A stretch of 64,000 bases of DNA from Actinomycetes bacterium. GTDB lineage: Bacteria > Actinomycetota > Actinomycetes > Nanopelagicales > Nanopelagicaceae. How positions within the stretch are numbered: position 1 is the stretch's first letter; the number at the start of each line of letters is the position of its first letter. Below are positions 29,687 to 38,978 of this stretch, piece after piece. The notes under the pieces were generated by a model. The model made no database searches, had not been told where the DNA came from, and saw nothing but the letters and a program-made list of their open reading frames with translations. The stretch is taken from positions 497-64,496 of the forward strand of contig JBAWYI010000001.1 in assembly GCA_037143635.1 (NCBI GenBank). Direction: 5' to 3'. Both the position numbers and the translations under genes were made by a program.

Positions 29687-32600
29687 ATGTATTTAAAGAG
29701 TATGAACCTAAAGGGGTTCAAATCCTTTGCCTCATCAACAACCCTAAACTTTGAGCAAGGTATTACCTGCGTGGTTGGACCAAATGGTTCTGGTAAATCA
29801 AATGTAGTTGACGCACTTTCTTGGGTTATGGGAGAGCAAGGTGCTAAATCACTGCGCGGTGGAAAAATGGAAGATGTTATTTTTGCCGGTACCTCAGGTC
29901 GAGCACCATTAGGTCGCGCTGAAGTTTCAGTAACAATTGATAATGCAGATGGGGTACTGCCAATCGATTTTTCTGAAGTAACTATTACTCGTGTTTTATT
30001 TAGGAACGGATCATCTGAGTATTTATTAAATGGCGAAACCACCAGGTTATTAGATATCCAAGAACTACTGAGTGATAGTGGAATTGGCCGGGAGATGCAT
30101 GTAATTGTTGGACAAGGACAGTTAGATGCAATTTTATTAGCAAACCCAGAGGAGCGAAGAGCATTTATTGAAGAGGCAGCAGGTGTGCTTAAGCACCGAA
30201 AGCGTAAAGAGAAGGCGCTGCGGAAATTAGATTCAATGCAGACAAACCTTGCGCGTATTCAAGATCTAACAGTTGAACTTCGTCGTCAACTTCGACCACT
30301 CGGCAAGCAAGCTGAGGTTGCACGTAAAGCAACGGTAATTCAATCTGATGTTAGAGATGCCAGATTACGTTTGCTGGCTGAAGATCTTGTTCGGATGCGC
30401 TCTGAGATGGATGTTGAGGTTGCAGATGAAACTGTATTACGTGAGCGAAAAGAACAGGTTGAGCGGGAATTAAATACCGCACGCACTCGAGAGATTGAAT
30501 TAGATGCAATTGCCGCAAGTGAGAACCCACAGTTAATCACTGCTCAAGAGAATTTTTACCGATTGACTTCACAACGTGAGCAAATACGTGGTGTGCAAAA
30601 TCTATCTTCAGAGCGAGCAAGATTTTTAGCCGAAGAGGCTGAAGAAGCAAAAGCAACTGGCCGTGATCCAAAAGCATTAGAGGATGAAGCAAAATTACTG
30701 CGCACTGAAGAATCAACTTTGGCAAGTCAGGTTCGAATTTCCCAAGAGCAGCTAACTGTTGATTCAAACTCACTAAAAGCAATTGAAGATCAATTAGCAC
30801 TTGAAGAAAACCGAGTTTCAGCATCTCTGCGAGCGATTGCAGATCAACGTGAAGGAACAGCACGCCAAGAAGGACATATCAATGGTTTGCGTTCTCGAAT
30901 TGATGCAACAATGGGAGAGATAAATCGTTTAACTGAGGCTAAGAATTCAGCAGAGAATAGATTAAAAAGTTATCGAGAAAGTTTTGCAATAATTGAAACT
31001 CAAATTTCATCCTTAACAGCCTCTGAACCTGGCTTAGATGGGATATTTAATAAATTAAAGATAGATTTAAAAGCGGCAGAAGGTGAAATAAAAGTACTTA
31101 CTGAAAAACTGCAATCAACTGAAAAACTACGTGCTGGCTCACTCGGTAGATTAACTGCATTCAAAGAAATTACTGATTTGGTTCAATCATCTGCGAATGC
31201 TGATTTGATTGAAAAGATCTCAGTTTTGACCTCAAATTGTGAGGTTGAGGTAACTAAAGTTTCAGCAGATTGTGATCGAATTAAGTTTGAGTTAAGTACC
31301 TCTCAAGATAGCTTTAATAATGTTAATAAAGAGTATGAAACAGCACTTTCAAAACTAAATGATTCAGATGCGGCAATGACTGGCTATGCTGAACAATTAG
31401 CAGTTGCTGGCCAAAATGTTAAGAACTCAAGTGAGGAAGCGGACCGATTAATAACTGCATTAAATGCTGCAAATGAACAACGCACCTTTGATGAACGAGA
31501 TCTCGCCGCAGCAATTGCTCAATTTGAATCACACCAGACTCCGGTGGAGCCAGATTTAACTCATCTAGAGGATCTTCGCTCACAGGTCTCTGCCGCAAGA
31601 TCCAAAGAGGTTGAAGCAAGATTAAATCTTCGAACAATTGAAGAGCGAAAGGATGCGGTAGAGCAGCGCGCTATTGCATTAGAGAATCAAGCAAGGTCAG
31701 AGCGAGAGGCAGCATCTAAATCAATTTCACGCCGTGAAAATCGTGCTCAAGCGGCGATAACTGCGCAAGAGATTGCAGACACCGCTTATGAAGCACTGAT
31801 TCAAATTGAGCTTTCAATTTCACGTGCTGGAGCAGAGCGCGAGCGGTTAGAGATTTCAAGATCACAACGTGAGGGTGAGATATTAAGTTTGCGCACAATT
31901 AGTCGAGAATTAGCAATTGAATTAGAACGACTAACTTCAAGCGTTCATAAGGATGAGATTGCTCGAGCGGAGCAGCGTCTACGCATTGAGCAACTTGAAA
32001 CCAAGGCGGTTGAAGAGCTTGGAATTGATGTGCAGACGCTTATGAATGAGTATGGACCAAATAATGATGTACCAACATTTTATGAAAATGAAAATGGTGA
32101 GTTTGTTCCTGGTGATTTGATTCCATACCGAAGAGACCAACAGGAAAAGAGATTGGCACAAGCTGAACGATCCTTAGCCTTACTTGGCAAGATCAACCCG
32201 TTAGCACTTGAAGAGTACTCATCCCTTGAAGAACGCTTGCGTTATCTTGCTGAACAATTAGAAGATTTAAAGAAGACTAAGAAAGATTTGCTAGATATCA
32301 TTAAAGAGGTTGATGATCGAGTTCAACAGATCTTTACTCAAGCATACGAAGATACTGCTAGAGAATTTGAACTCGTATTTGCCAGGTTATTCCCTGGTGG
32401 TGATGGCAAATTAATACTTACAAACCCTTCAGACATGTTGACATCTGGTGTTGATGTTGAGGCTAGACCTCCTGGAAAGAGAGTTAAGAGGTTGTCATTG
32501 TTATCAGGAGGCGAAAGATCTTTAGTTGCGGTTGCATTGTTAATTGCAATTTTTAAAGCTAGACCTTCACCGTTTTATGTAATGGATGAGGTTGAAGCTG

Positions 32601-32794
32601 CTCTTGATGACACAAACTTAGGCCGCTTACTTGGAGTTTTCGAGGAGTTAAGAGAGAAATCTCAGTTAATTATTATCACTCACCAAAAACGAACTATGGA
32701 AATTGCTGATGCACTTTACGGTGTGACCATGCGCGGTGATGGAGTTAGCGAGGTCATCTCGCAGCGTATCCGTGAAGTTGACGCTGTTTCTTAA
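29687..32794 (+). CDS. smc: Chromosome segregation protein SMC, apparently lacking the hinge domain
   Basis: GFKSFA, Walker A GPNGSGKS, LSGGE signature, DEVEAALD Walker B/D-loop, ITHQK; about 1035 aa; mutM-smc-ftsY locus. Confidence 0.93.
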   Translation: MYLKSMNLKGFKSFASSTTLNFEQGITCVVGPNGSGKSNVVDALSWVMGEQGAKSLRGGKMEDVIFAGTSGRAPLGRAEVSVTIDNADGVLPIDFSEVTITRVLFRNGSSEYLLNGETTRLLDIQELLSDSGIGREMHVIVGQGQLDAILLANPEERRAFIEEAAGVLKHRKRKEKALRKLDSMQTNLARIQDLTVELRRQLRPLGKQAEVARKATVIQSDVRDARLRLLAEDLVRMRSEMDVEVADETVLRERKEQVERELNTARTREIELDAIAASENPQLITAQENFYRLTSQREQIRGVQNLSSERARFLAEEAEEAKATGRDPKALEDEAKLLRTEESTLASQVRISQEQLTVDSNSLKAIEDQLALEENRVSASLRAIADQREGTARQEGHINGLRSRIDATMGEINRLTEAKNSAENRLKSYRESFAIIETQISSLTASEPGLDGIFNKLKIDLKAAEGEIKVLTEKLQSTEKLRAGSLGRLTAFKEITDLVQSSANADLIEKISVLTSNCEVEVTKVSADCDRIKFELSTSQDSFNNVNKEYETALSKLNDSDAAMTGYAEQLAVAGQNVKNSSEEADRLITALNAANEQRTFDERDLAAAIAQFESHQTPVEPDLTHLEDLRSQVSAARSKEVEARLNLRTIEERKDAVEQRAIALENQARSEREAASKSISRRENRAQAAITAQEIADTAYEALIQIELSISRAGAERERLEISRSQREGEILSLRTISRELAIELERLTSSVHKDEIARAEQRLRIEQLETKAVEELGIDVQTLMNEYGPNNDVPTFYENENGEFVPGDLIPYRRDQQEKRLAQAERSLALLGKINPLALEEYSSLEERLRYLAEQLEDLKKTKKDLLDIIKEVDDRVQQIFTQAYEDTAREFELVFARLFPGGDGKLILTNPSDMLTSGVDVEARPPGKRVKRLSLLSGGERSLVAVALLIAIFKARPSPFYVMDEVEAALDDTNLGRLLGVFEELREKSQLIIITHQKRTMEIADALYGVTMRGDGVSEVISQRIREVDAVS

Positions 32795-32800
32795 ATAGTA

Positions 32801-33637
32801 ATGAGTTTATTTAAACGTTTAGTTTTATCCCTTCGTTCTGGATCAATATCCGCTGATGAGTGGGATCAAATTCGCTCAAATTTGATTTCATCAGACTTAG
32901 GTGTGAAATTAGTTGATGAGGTAATCGAAAAAGTGAAATCTGCTAAGTCAGATGATGCAAAGACTGCTATTTCCCAGGTTGTAAATAACTGGTTAAGCGA
33001 TAAAAATAGAAAGCTACCTGAAAAATCTGCTCGAGTTAATACAATATTAGTTGTTGGCGTAAATGGAACTGGAAAGACAACATCTGTTGCAAAATTAGCA
33101 AATAGATTAAAAAATGATGGGAATACAGTTTTATTAGCTGCGGCAGATACCTTTAGAGCAGCTGCAACAGATCAGTTACAAACTTGGGCAACTCGAATAG
33201 GAGTTGAGGTTGTAGCAGGTGCAGTAAATAGTGATCCGGCATCGGTGGCATTTTCAGCCATCGGCAAGGCTTCTGAATCAAATATTAATTATTTGATAGT
33301 AGATACAGCAGGCAGATTACATACTAAGCAGAATCTAATGGATGAACTTGGCAAAGTTATTCGAGTGATAGAAAAAAACTCACCAGTTGATGAGATTCTT
33401 CTTGTCATTGATGCCACTACTGGTCAAAATGGGATTAACCAAGCGTTAACATTTTGTGAAGCAGTTAATGTAACTGGCTTAATAATTACTAAGCTGGATG
33501 GATCTGCAAAGGGCGGGGTCGCTCTAGCAATTGAAAAACTAACCTCTGTTCCGATCAAATTCATTGGTACGGGGGAGGCTATTTCAGATTTAGCCCCGTT
33601 TGATCCGGTGTCATATATCGCCAGCCTATTTGACTAA
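32801..33637 (+). CDS. ftsY: SRP receptor FtsY (NG domain only)
   Basis: GVNGTGKTT, DTFRAAA, DTAGR, TKLDGSAKGG. Confidence 0.96.
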   Translation: MSLFKRLVLSLRSGSISADEWDQIRSNLISSDLGVKLVDEVIEKVKSAKSDDAKTAISQVVNNWLSDKNRKLPEKSARVNTILVVGVNGTGKTTSVAKLANRLKNDGNTVLLAAADTFRAAATDQLQTWATRIGVEVVAGAVNSDPASVAFSAIGKASESNINYLIVDTAGRLHTKQNLMDELGKVIRVIEKNSPVDEILLVIDATTGQNGINQALTFCEAVNVTGLIITKLDGSAKGGVALAIEKLTSVPIKFIGTGEAISDLAPFDPVSYIASLFD

Positions 33638-33684
33638 GTAACATACATTTAACAATCAAGGTAAAACTGTCACCCGCCTGAAAT
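33638..33684 (+). promoter_or_regulatory. Putative GlnR boxes upstream of amtB
   Basis: GTAAC-n6-TTAAC (33638-33653) and GTCAC-n6-GAAAT (33669-33684) resemble the GTnAC-n6-GAAAC consensus. Confidence 0.55.
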
Positions 33685-33794
33685 CTAATTAGGCACCTGA
33701 TTTAACTTAGCCTGAGCATAGTTACTCCATCTCAATGGCGAGGTTTCTATTTAACAATTATTAATTGATTTAATAATTAAGCAACGGAGATTTA

Positions 33795-35093
33795 ATGGGC
33801 GAAATAGTACTTAATACCGGGGACACTGCTTGGGTTTTAGCAAGTACTGCGTTAGTTCTTTTAATGACGCCAGGTCTTGCCCTCTTCTATGGTGGCATGG
33901 TCAGAGCAAAGAGTGTTCTAAATATGATGTTAATGTCGATGGTAACTATTGGAATTGTAAGCGTGCTGTGGGTTATCTATGGTTTCAAATTAGCTTTTGG
34001 TTATGAAGCAAATTCACAATGGTATGGCGCAATTTCGCTGTCAGGTTTAGGTAGTGCCGTAAATGAATTAACAAATAATGGCGGCGTATATCCTATTCCA
34101 TTACTTGCATTTGCAGCCTTCCAGTTAATGTTTGCGATTATTACCCCAGCACTTATCTCAGGTGCTATCGCGGATCGAACTAAGTTCACTGCATGGGCAG
34201 TTTTTGTAACTATTTGGGTAACAGTTGTTTACTTCCCAGTTGCTCACTGGGTATTTGCCTTTGGCAATAAAGTTGGCGATACCGTTACTGGTGCAGGATT
34301 TTTAGCAGCAAGAGGTGTTGAGGACTTTGCGGGTGGAACTGCGGTCCACATAAACGCAGGTGCTGCTGGCTTAGCACTAGCAATAGTTTTGGGTAAAAGA
34401 GTTGGTTGGCGCAGAGAGTCGATGCGACCACACTCAATGCCTCTAGTTTTAATTGGTGCTGGTCTGCTTTGGTTTGGTTGGTTTGGCTTTAATGCTGGAT
34501 CTGCCCTTGGTGCAAATGGAGTAGCAGCGCTTGCGCTAATGAATACTCAGGTTGCAACTGCAGCTGCAGCACTTGGCTGGTTATTAGTTGAAAAAATTCG
34601 TGATGGGCATCCAACATCATTAGGAGTAGCTTCCGGTGCAGTAGCTGGATTAGTTGCGATTACTCCGGCGTGTGCATTTGTTGCTCCATGGGCAGCGGTA
34701 GTAATCGGATTACTTGCCGGAATATTCTGCGCATTAGCTGTTGGACTTAAGTACATGTTTAATGTTGATGACTCTCTCGATGTTGTTGGCGTTCACCTAG
34801 TTGGTGGATTATGGGGCTGCTTATCAATTGGCCTATTTGGTAGTAGCACAATAAATAGCCTAGGACTAGATGGAATCTTTTATGGCGGAGGAACCACTTT
34901 GCTTGGTAAGCAGGCATTTGGTGCTTTCTTTGTGCTTGCATACTCATTTATTGTCACTTTAATTATTGGATTTATAATTAATAAGACAATTGGCTTTAGA
35001 GTTAAGCCAGAGGCAGAGGTAGCAGGTATTGATTACGATCAACATGCTGAGACTGGTTACGAATTAACATCTAGTTCAAGAGGGGGGTTTTAA
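33795..35093 (+). CDS. amtB: Ammonium transporter
   Basis: LMTPGLALFYGG, FQLMFA, DFAGGTAVH, WFGWFGFNAGS, DDSLDVVGVH. Confidence 0.97.
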   Translation: MGEIVLNTGDTAWVLASTALVLLMTPGLALFYGGMVRAKSVLNMMLMSMVTIGIVSVLWVIYGFKLAFGYEANSQWYGAISLSGLGSAVNELTNNGGVYPIPLLAFAAFQLMFAIITPALISGAIADRTKFTAWAVFVTIWVTVVYFPVAHWVFAFGNKVGDTVTGAGFLAARGVEDFAGGTAVHINAGAAGLALAIVLGKRVGWRRESMRPHSMPLVLIGAGLLWFGWFGFNAGSALGANGVAALALMNTQVATAAAALGWLLVEKIRDGHPTSLGVASGAVAGLVAITPACAFVAPWAAVVIGLLAGIFCALAVGLKYMFNVDDSLDVVGVHLVGGLWGCLSIGLFGSSTINSLGLDGIFYGGGTTLLGKQAFGAFFVLAYSFIVTLIIGFIINKTIGFRVKPEAEVAGIDYDQHAETGYELTSSSRGGF

Positions 35094-35435
<342 letters not shown>

Positions 35436-35455
35436 ATAAAATGTAAGATGCCTCC

Positions 35456-36886
35456 ATGTTTGAAGCGTTAGGCCAGAGACTTAGTTCAATATTCTCTGGC
35501 CTGCGCGGTAAAGTCTCAGATTCAGATCTAATCGACTTCACCGCACAGATCAAGACCGCTTTACTTGAGTCAGATGTTGCACTTGAGGTCGCCGAAAGTT
35601 TTTCAAATAAAGTATTAGAAAAATGTAAATCACAATCTGATGAAATAAATAAGAGCACTAATCCTGCAGCTAGAATCTTTGAAATTGTTAATAGTGAACT
35701 AACTCAAGTATTAGGTGGCTCAGCACGTAGACTTAAGTTTGCTAAAACAGCGCCAACGGTAATCTTACTTACCGGTTTGCAAGGTGCCGGTAAGACCTCT
35801 TTGGCTGGGAAACTTGCTTACTATTTAAAATCACAAGGTAATACACCTCTATTAGTTGCTTCAGATCTACAAAGACCAAATGCGGTAACTCAATTACAGG
35901 TTGTTGGCGAATCAATAAAGGTTCCAGTATTTGCACCTGAGGGTGGGAATGGCTCAGGAGATCCAATTGAGGTTGCAAAAGCAGGAGTTAAGTTTGCTAA
36001 GGATAAGTTACATAACTTTGTAATTATAGATACTGCTGGTCGCACCGGCGTTGATCAAGTACTTATGCAACAGGTAATTGATATAAGAGATTCAATCAAA
36101 CCTGATGAAATCTTCTTTGTGGTCGATGCGATGATCGGACAGGATGCAGTTAGAACAGCAAAAGCATTTCTAGATGGTGTTGGTTTTGATGCTGTGATAT
36201 TAACAAAATTAGATGGTGATGCCAGAGGTGGAGCAGCATTATCAATTGTTGAGTTAACTGGTAAGCCGATTATTTTTGCAGCGACCGGTGAGAAAGTTAC
36301 CGATTTTGATCTTTTCTATCCAGATCGGATGTCTTCGCGAATCCTTGGGATGGGAGATGTGGCTTCCCTTGCTGAGCAGGCACAACGAGCAATGCCACAG
36401 GAAACTTCTAAAAAATTAGAGGATAAATTTATAAAGGGCGAAGAGTTTACATTTGATGATTTTTTATCCCAGCTTGAAGCGATGAAAAATATGGGAAGCA
36501 TGAGTAAGTTAATGGGCTTATTGCCTGGTGCTGCTGGCATGAAGAAACAAATCGAAAACTTTGATGAATCTGAATTGGTAAGAACTCGAGCAATTATTGA
36601 ATCTATGACCCCACTTGAAAGAAATAACCCCAAAGTCTTAAATGGTTCACGAAGGGCTCGAATTGCACGGGGAAGTGGCAGAGCAATATCTGAGATTAAT
36701 TCTTTAGTTGAACGATTCTCACAAGCACAAAAGGTAATGAAACAAATGCGGGGCGGAGCAAATATTCCTGGTATGGGTTCGCTAGCTGGAATGAGTAATT
36801 TGCCTAAACCGCAGCAAACAAATTCACCTAAGAAAAAATCACGATCAGGCAACCCAGCAAAGCGGGCAATTGAGGAGGGGATCTAG
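35456..36886 (+). CDS. ffh: Signal recognition particle protein
   Basis: GLQGAGKT, DTAGR, TKLDGDARGG, RILGMGD, M domain SRRARIARGSG. Confidence 0.97.
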   Translation: MFEALGQRLSSIFSGLRGKVSDSDLIDFTAQIKTALLESDVALEVAESFSNKVLEKCKSQSDEINKSTNPAARIFEIVNSELTQVLGGSARRLKFAKTAPTVILLTGLQGAGKTSLAGKLAYYLKSQGNTPLLVASDLQRPNAVTQLQVVGESIKVPVFAPEGGNGSGDPIEVAKAGVKFAKDKLHNFVIIDTAGRTGVDQVLMQQVIDIRDSIKPDEIFFVVDAMIGQDAVRTAKAFLDGVGFDAVILTKLDGDARGGAALSIVELTGKPIIFAATGEKVTDFDLFYPDRMSSRILGMGDVASLAEQAQRAMPQETSKKLEDKFIKGEEFTFDDFLSQLEAMKNMGSMSKLMGLLPGAAGMKKQIENFDESELVRTRAIIESMTPLERNNPKVLNGSRRARIARGSGRAISEINSLVERFSQAQKVMKQMRGGANIPGMGSLAGMSNLPKPQQTNSPKKKSRSGNPAKRAIEEGI

Positions 36887-37043
36887 GCCAATTTGGGTTT
36901 GTAGCCCACTGCTGGCAAGATTAGCCCCCTGCGAATGGGACCCTCTAACCCATAGCAATATTTATCCGCAAGGTTAGCTCTGGATGTAAACGCCCCCGCT
37001 GTTTACGAAAGAATAAGCCGATTAATTTTCTATAGGGAGTTCT

Positions 37044-37619
37044 GTGTCAGTAAAGATTAAGTTAATGCGTCTTGGCAAGATCCGCACACCACATTATCGA
37101 ATTGTGATTGCAGATTCTCGTTCTGCTCGTAACTCAAAAGCGATTGAAGAGATTGGTCGTTACTCACCCGCATCTGAGCCATCATTAATTGAGGTTAATT
37201 CAGACCGTGTGCAGTATTGGCTAGGTGTTGGTGCACAACCAACTGAAGCAGTTACTGCTCTTCTTAAGATCACTGGTGATTACCAAAAAGCGAATGGCCT
37301 GCCAGGTAGCGAGGGAACATTAAAGCCACAACCAGTTCGAGTTGATAAGCGAGTTGCTTACGAAGCAGCTGTTAAAGAGGCGATGAATGAACCTGCAGAT
37401 GGTGCAACAACTTTAAAGAAGAAAGCTGCTGAGCGTTTAGCTGCAAAGGCTGCACCAGTTGTTGAAGAGACTCCAGTTGCAGAAGCTGCACCAGTTGTTG
37501 AAGAGACTCCAGTTGCTGAAGCTGCACCAGTTGTTGAAGAGACTCCAGTTGCTGAAGCTGCGCCAGTTGCCGAAGAGGTAGCGGTAGAGGCTGCAGTAGA
37601 AGAAACCCCACAAGCTTAA
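37044..37619 (+). CDS. rpsP: 30S ribosomal protein S16 with long acidic repeat tail
   Basis: [25 protein letters not shown]; SD AGGGAG. Confidence 0.96.
   Translation: MSVKIKLMRLGKIRTPHYRIVIADSRSARNSKAIEEIGRYSPASEPSLIEVNSDRVQYWLGVGAQPTEAVTALLKITGDYQKANGLPGSEGTLKPQPVRVDKRVAYEAAVKEAMNEPADGATTLKKKAAERLAAKAAPVVEETPVAEAAPVVEETPVAEAAPVVEETPVAEAAPVAEEVAVEAAVEETPQA
37449..37556 (+). repeat. Three tandem 36-bp repeats in the rpsP tail ([12 protein letters not shown] x3)
   Basis: GCTGCACCAGTTGTTGAAGAGACTCCAGTTGCWGAA at 37449, 37485 and 37521, then a degenerate partial copy. Confidence 0.95.
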
Positions 37620-37633
37620 GTAATTTAATACTC

Positions 37634-38302
37634 ATGCTTAAGAAGGGTTCATTCCTTCGAGAATTACCAGTAATAGTTGTTGCTGCTCTGATTGTCTCAA
37701 TTTTAGTTAAAACCTTTTTAATTCACTTTTTCTATATTCCATCTGGATCAATGGAAAATACTTTGCAGGTTGGCGACCGAATTGCGGTAAATAAATTCGG
37801 CGCTTTATTTACCGATATAAAAAGGGGTGAAGTTGTAGTTTTTGCCGATCCTGATAATTGGCTTGGGGGTTCAGATAACTCAGGTAATTCTGGAATAAGT
37901 GGAGTGATTAAAACCGGATTAATTACCGTGGGCGTATTGCCAGATCCAGCAAAACAATTTCTGATTAAGCGAGTAATCGGCGTTGGTGGAGATAATGTAA
38001 TTTGCTGCGATAAGGCTGGAAAACTTCAAGTAAATGGAGTTTCAATTACCGAGCCTTATATATATGCCGGAGATAAGCCAAGTGAAACTCAATTTAATGT
38101 CCAGATTCCAAACGGGTTTATCTGGGTGATGGGTGATCATCGCTCAGCAAGTGCCGATTCAAGATTTCATCCAGATAGTGCAAATAATGGAATGGTTCCA
38201 CAGAGCAAAGTTGTTGGTAGAGCTGTATTTATTGTTTGGCCATTCACAGATATTGGTTTATTACCTAAAGGTAGTGATTTAAAGAAGATTCCAGTAAAAT
38301 AG
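37634..38302 (+). CDS. lepB: Signal peptidase I
   Basis: IPSGSMENTL, IKRVIG, MGDHR..SADSR. Confidence 0.95.
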   Translation: MLKKGSFLRELPVIVVAALIVSILVKTFLIHFFYIPSGSMENTLQVGDRIAVNKFGALFTDIKRGEVVVFADPDNWLGGSDNSGNSGISGVIKTGLITVGVLPDPAKQFLIKRVIGVGGDNVICCDKAGKLQVNGVSITEPYIYAGDKPSETQFNVQIPNGFIWVMGDHRSASADSRFHPDSANNGMVPQSKVVGRAVFIVWPFTDIGLLPKGSDLKKIPVK

Positions 38303-38315
38303 CTTCCTTAATTTA

Positions 38316-38912
38316 ATGATTGAACAAACTCTGCTTAAGGCAGGAATCAAAAATATTGCAGGCGTTGATGAAGCAGGTCGTGGCCCTTGTGCTGGCCCAT
38401 TAGTTTTAGCATCAGTTATATTAAAAGATCCACTATCTAAGGCATTAAAAGAAGTTAGAGATTCTAAAGAGTTGAGCGAAGCTAAGCGTGAAGAATTATT
38501 TGACGTAGTAATTGATAATTCACTTGCTTACTCAATAATTGAGGTTTCAGTAGATGAAATCGATACTATTGGTTTGCATAAATGTAATATAGAAGGAATG
38601 CGCCGAGCTATTAATGCGCTAGAGGTAACACCAGATTATGTATTAACTGATGGATATCCAATTCCCGGACTGACTACGCCAAATCTAGCTGTTTGGAAAG
38701 GTGATCAAGTCGCTATTTCTATCAGCGCTGCCTCAATTCTGGCCAAGGTTTATCGTGATCGCATAATGATTAAGTTAGATAAAGAATTTCCAAAATATGG
38801 CTTAGCAAATCACAAAGGGTATATAACTGCGTCACACACCGCAGCAATAAAGGAGTTTGGGGTGCTTCCAATTCACCGTAAATCCTTTGCAAATATTGCC
38901 GCAATTCTTTAA
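38316..38912 (+). CDS. rnhB: Ribonuclease HII
   Basis: GVDEAGRG, DSK, AASILAKV, HRKSF. Confidence 0.96.
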   Translation: MIEQTLLKAGIKNIAGVDEAGRGPCAGPLVLASVILKDPLSKALKEVRDSKELSEAKREELFDVVIDNSLAYSIIEVSVDEIDTIGLHKCNIEGMRRAINALEVTPDYVLTDGYPIPGLTTPNLAVWKGDQVAISISAASILAKVYRDRIMIKLDKEFPKYGLANHKGYITASHTAAIKEFGVLPIHRKSFANIAAIL

Positions 38913-38939
38913 GAACAAGTAATTCACAATTTAATCCTT

Positions 38940-38971
38940 ACTTACCTGAGCATCGCAATGTTTAGGTAAGT
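38940..38971 (+). terminator. 14-bp hairpin between rnhB and dprA
   Basis: ACTTACCTGAGCAT-CGCA-ATGTTTAGGTAAGT (two G-U pairs); no long U tract. Confidence 0.45.
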
Positions 38972-38978
38972 TACCTAC

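Noticed and set aside
29687-32794. Short SMC as a Wadjet/MksB, RecN or Rad50/SbcC defence or repair protein
   Set aside because: Head sequences and the mutM-smc-ftsY position match canonical SMC; no jet/mks/sbcD partners and no CxxC hook (the two mid-protein cysteines are 11 residues apart)
33756-33778. AATTATTAA-TTGAT-TTAATAATT inverted repeat before amtB as a riboswitch or operator
   Set aside because: All-AT stem, easily arising by chance in AT-rich spacer DNA; no aptamer motif recognised
36316-36852. 178-aa antisense ORF inside ffh, and similar shadow ORFs such as 29662-30042, 44408-44782 and 7756-8103
   Set aside because: Fully nested opposite well-conserved genes, no recognisable motifs; expected from codon bias
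37449-37556. 36-bp repeats as a CRISPR array
   Set aside because: Head-to-tail with no spacers, in frame inside rpsP, no cas genes
37372-37635. 87-aa antisense ORF with LQQL repeats
   Set aside because: Shadow of the rpsP tandem repeat
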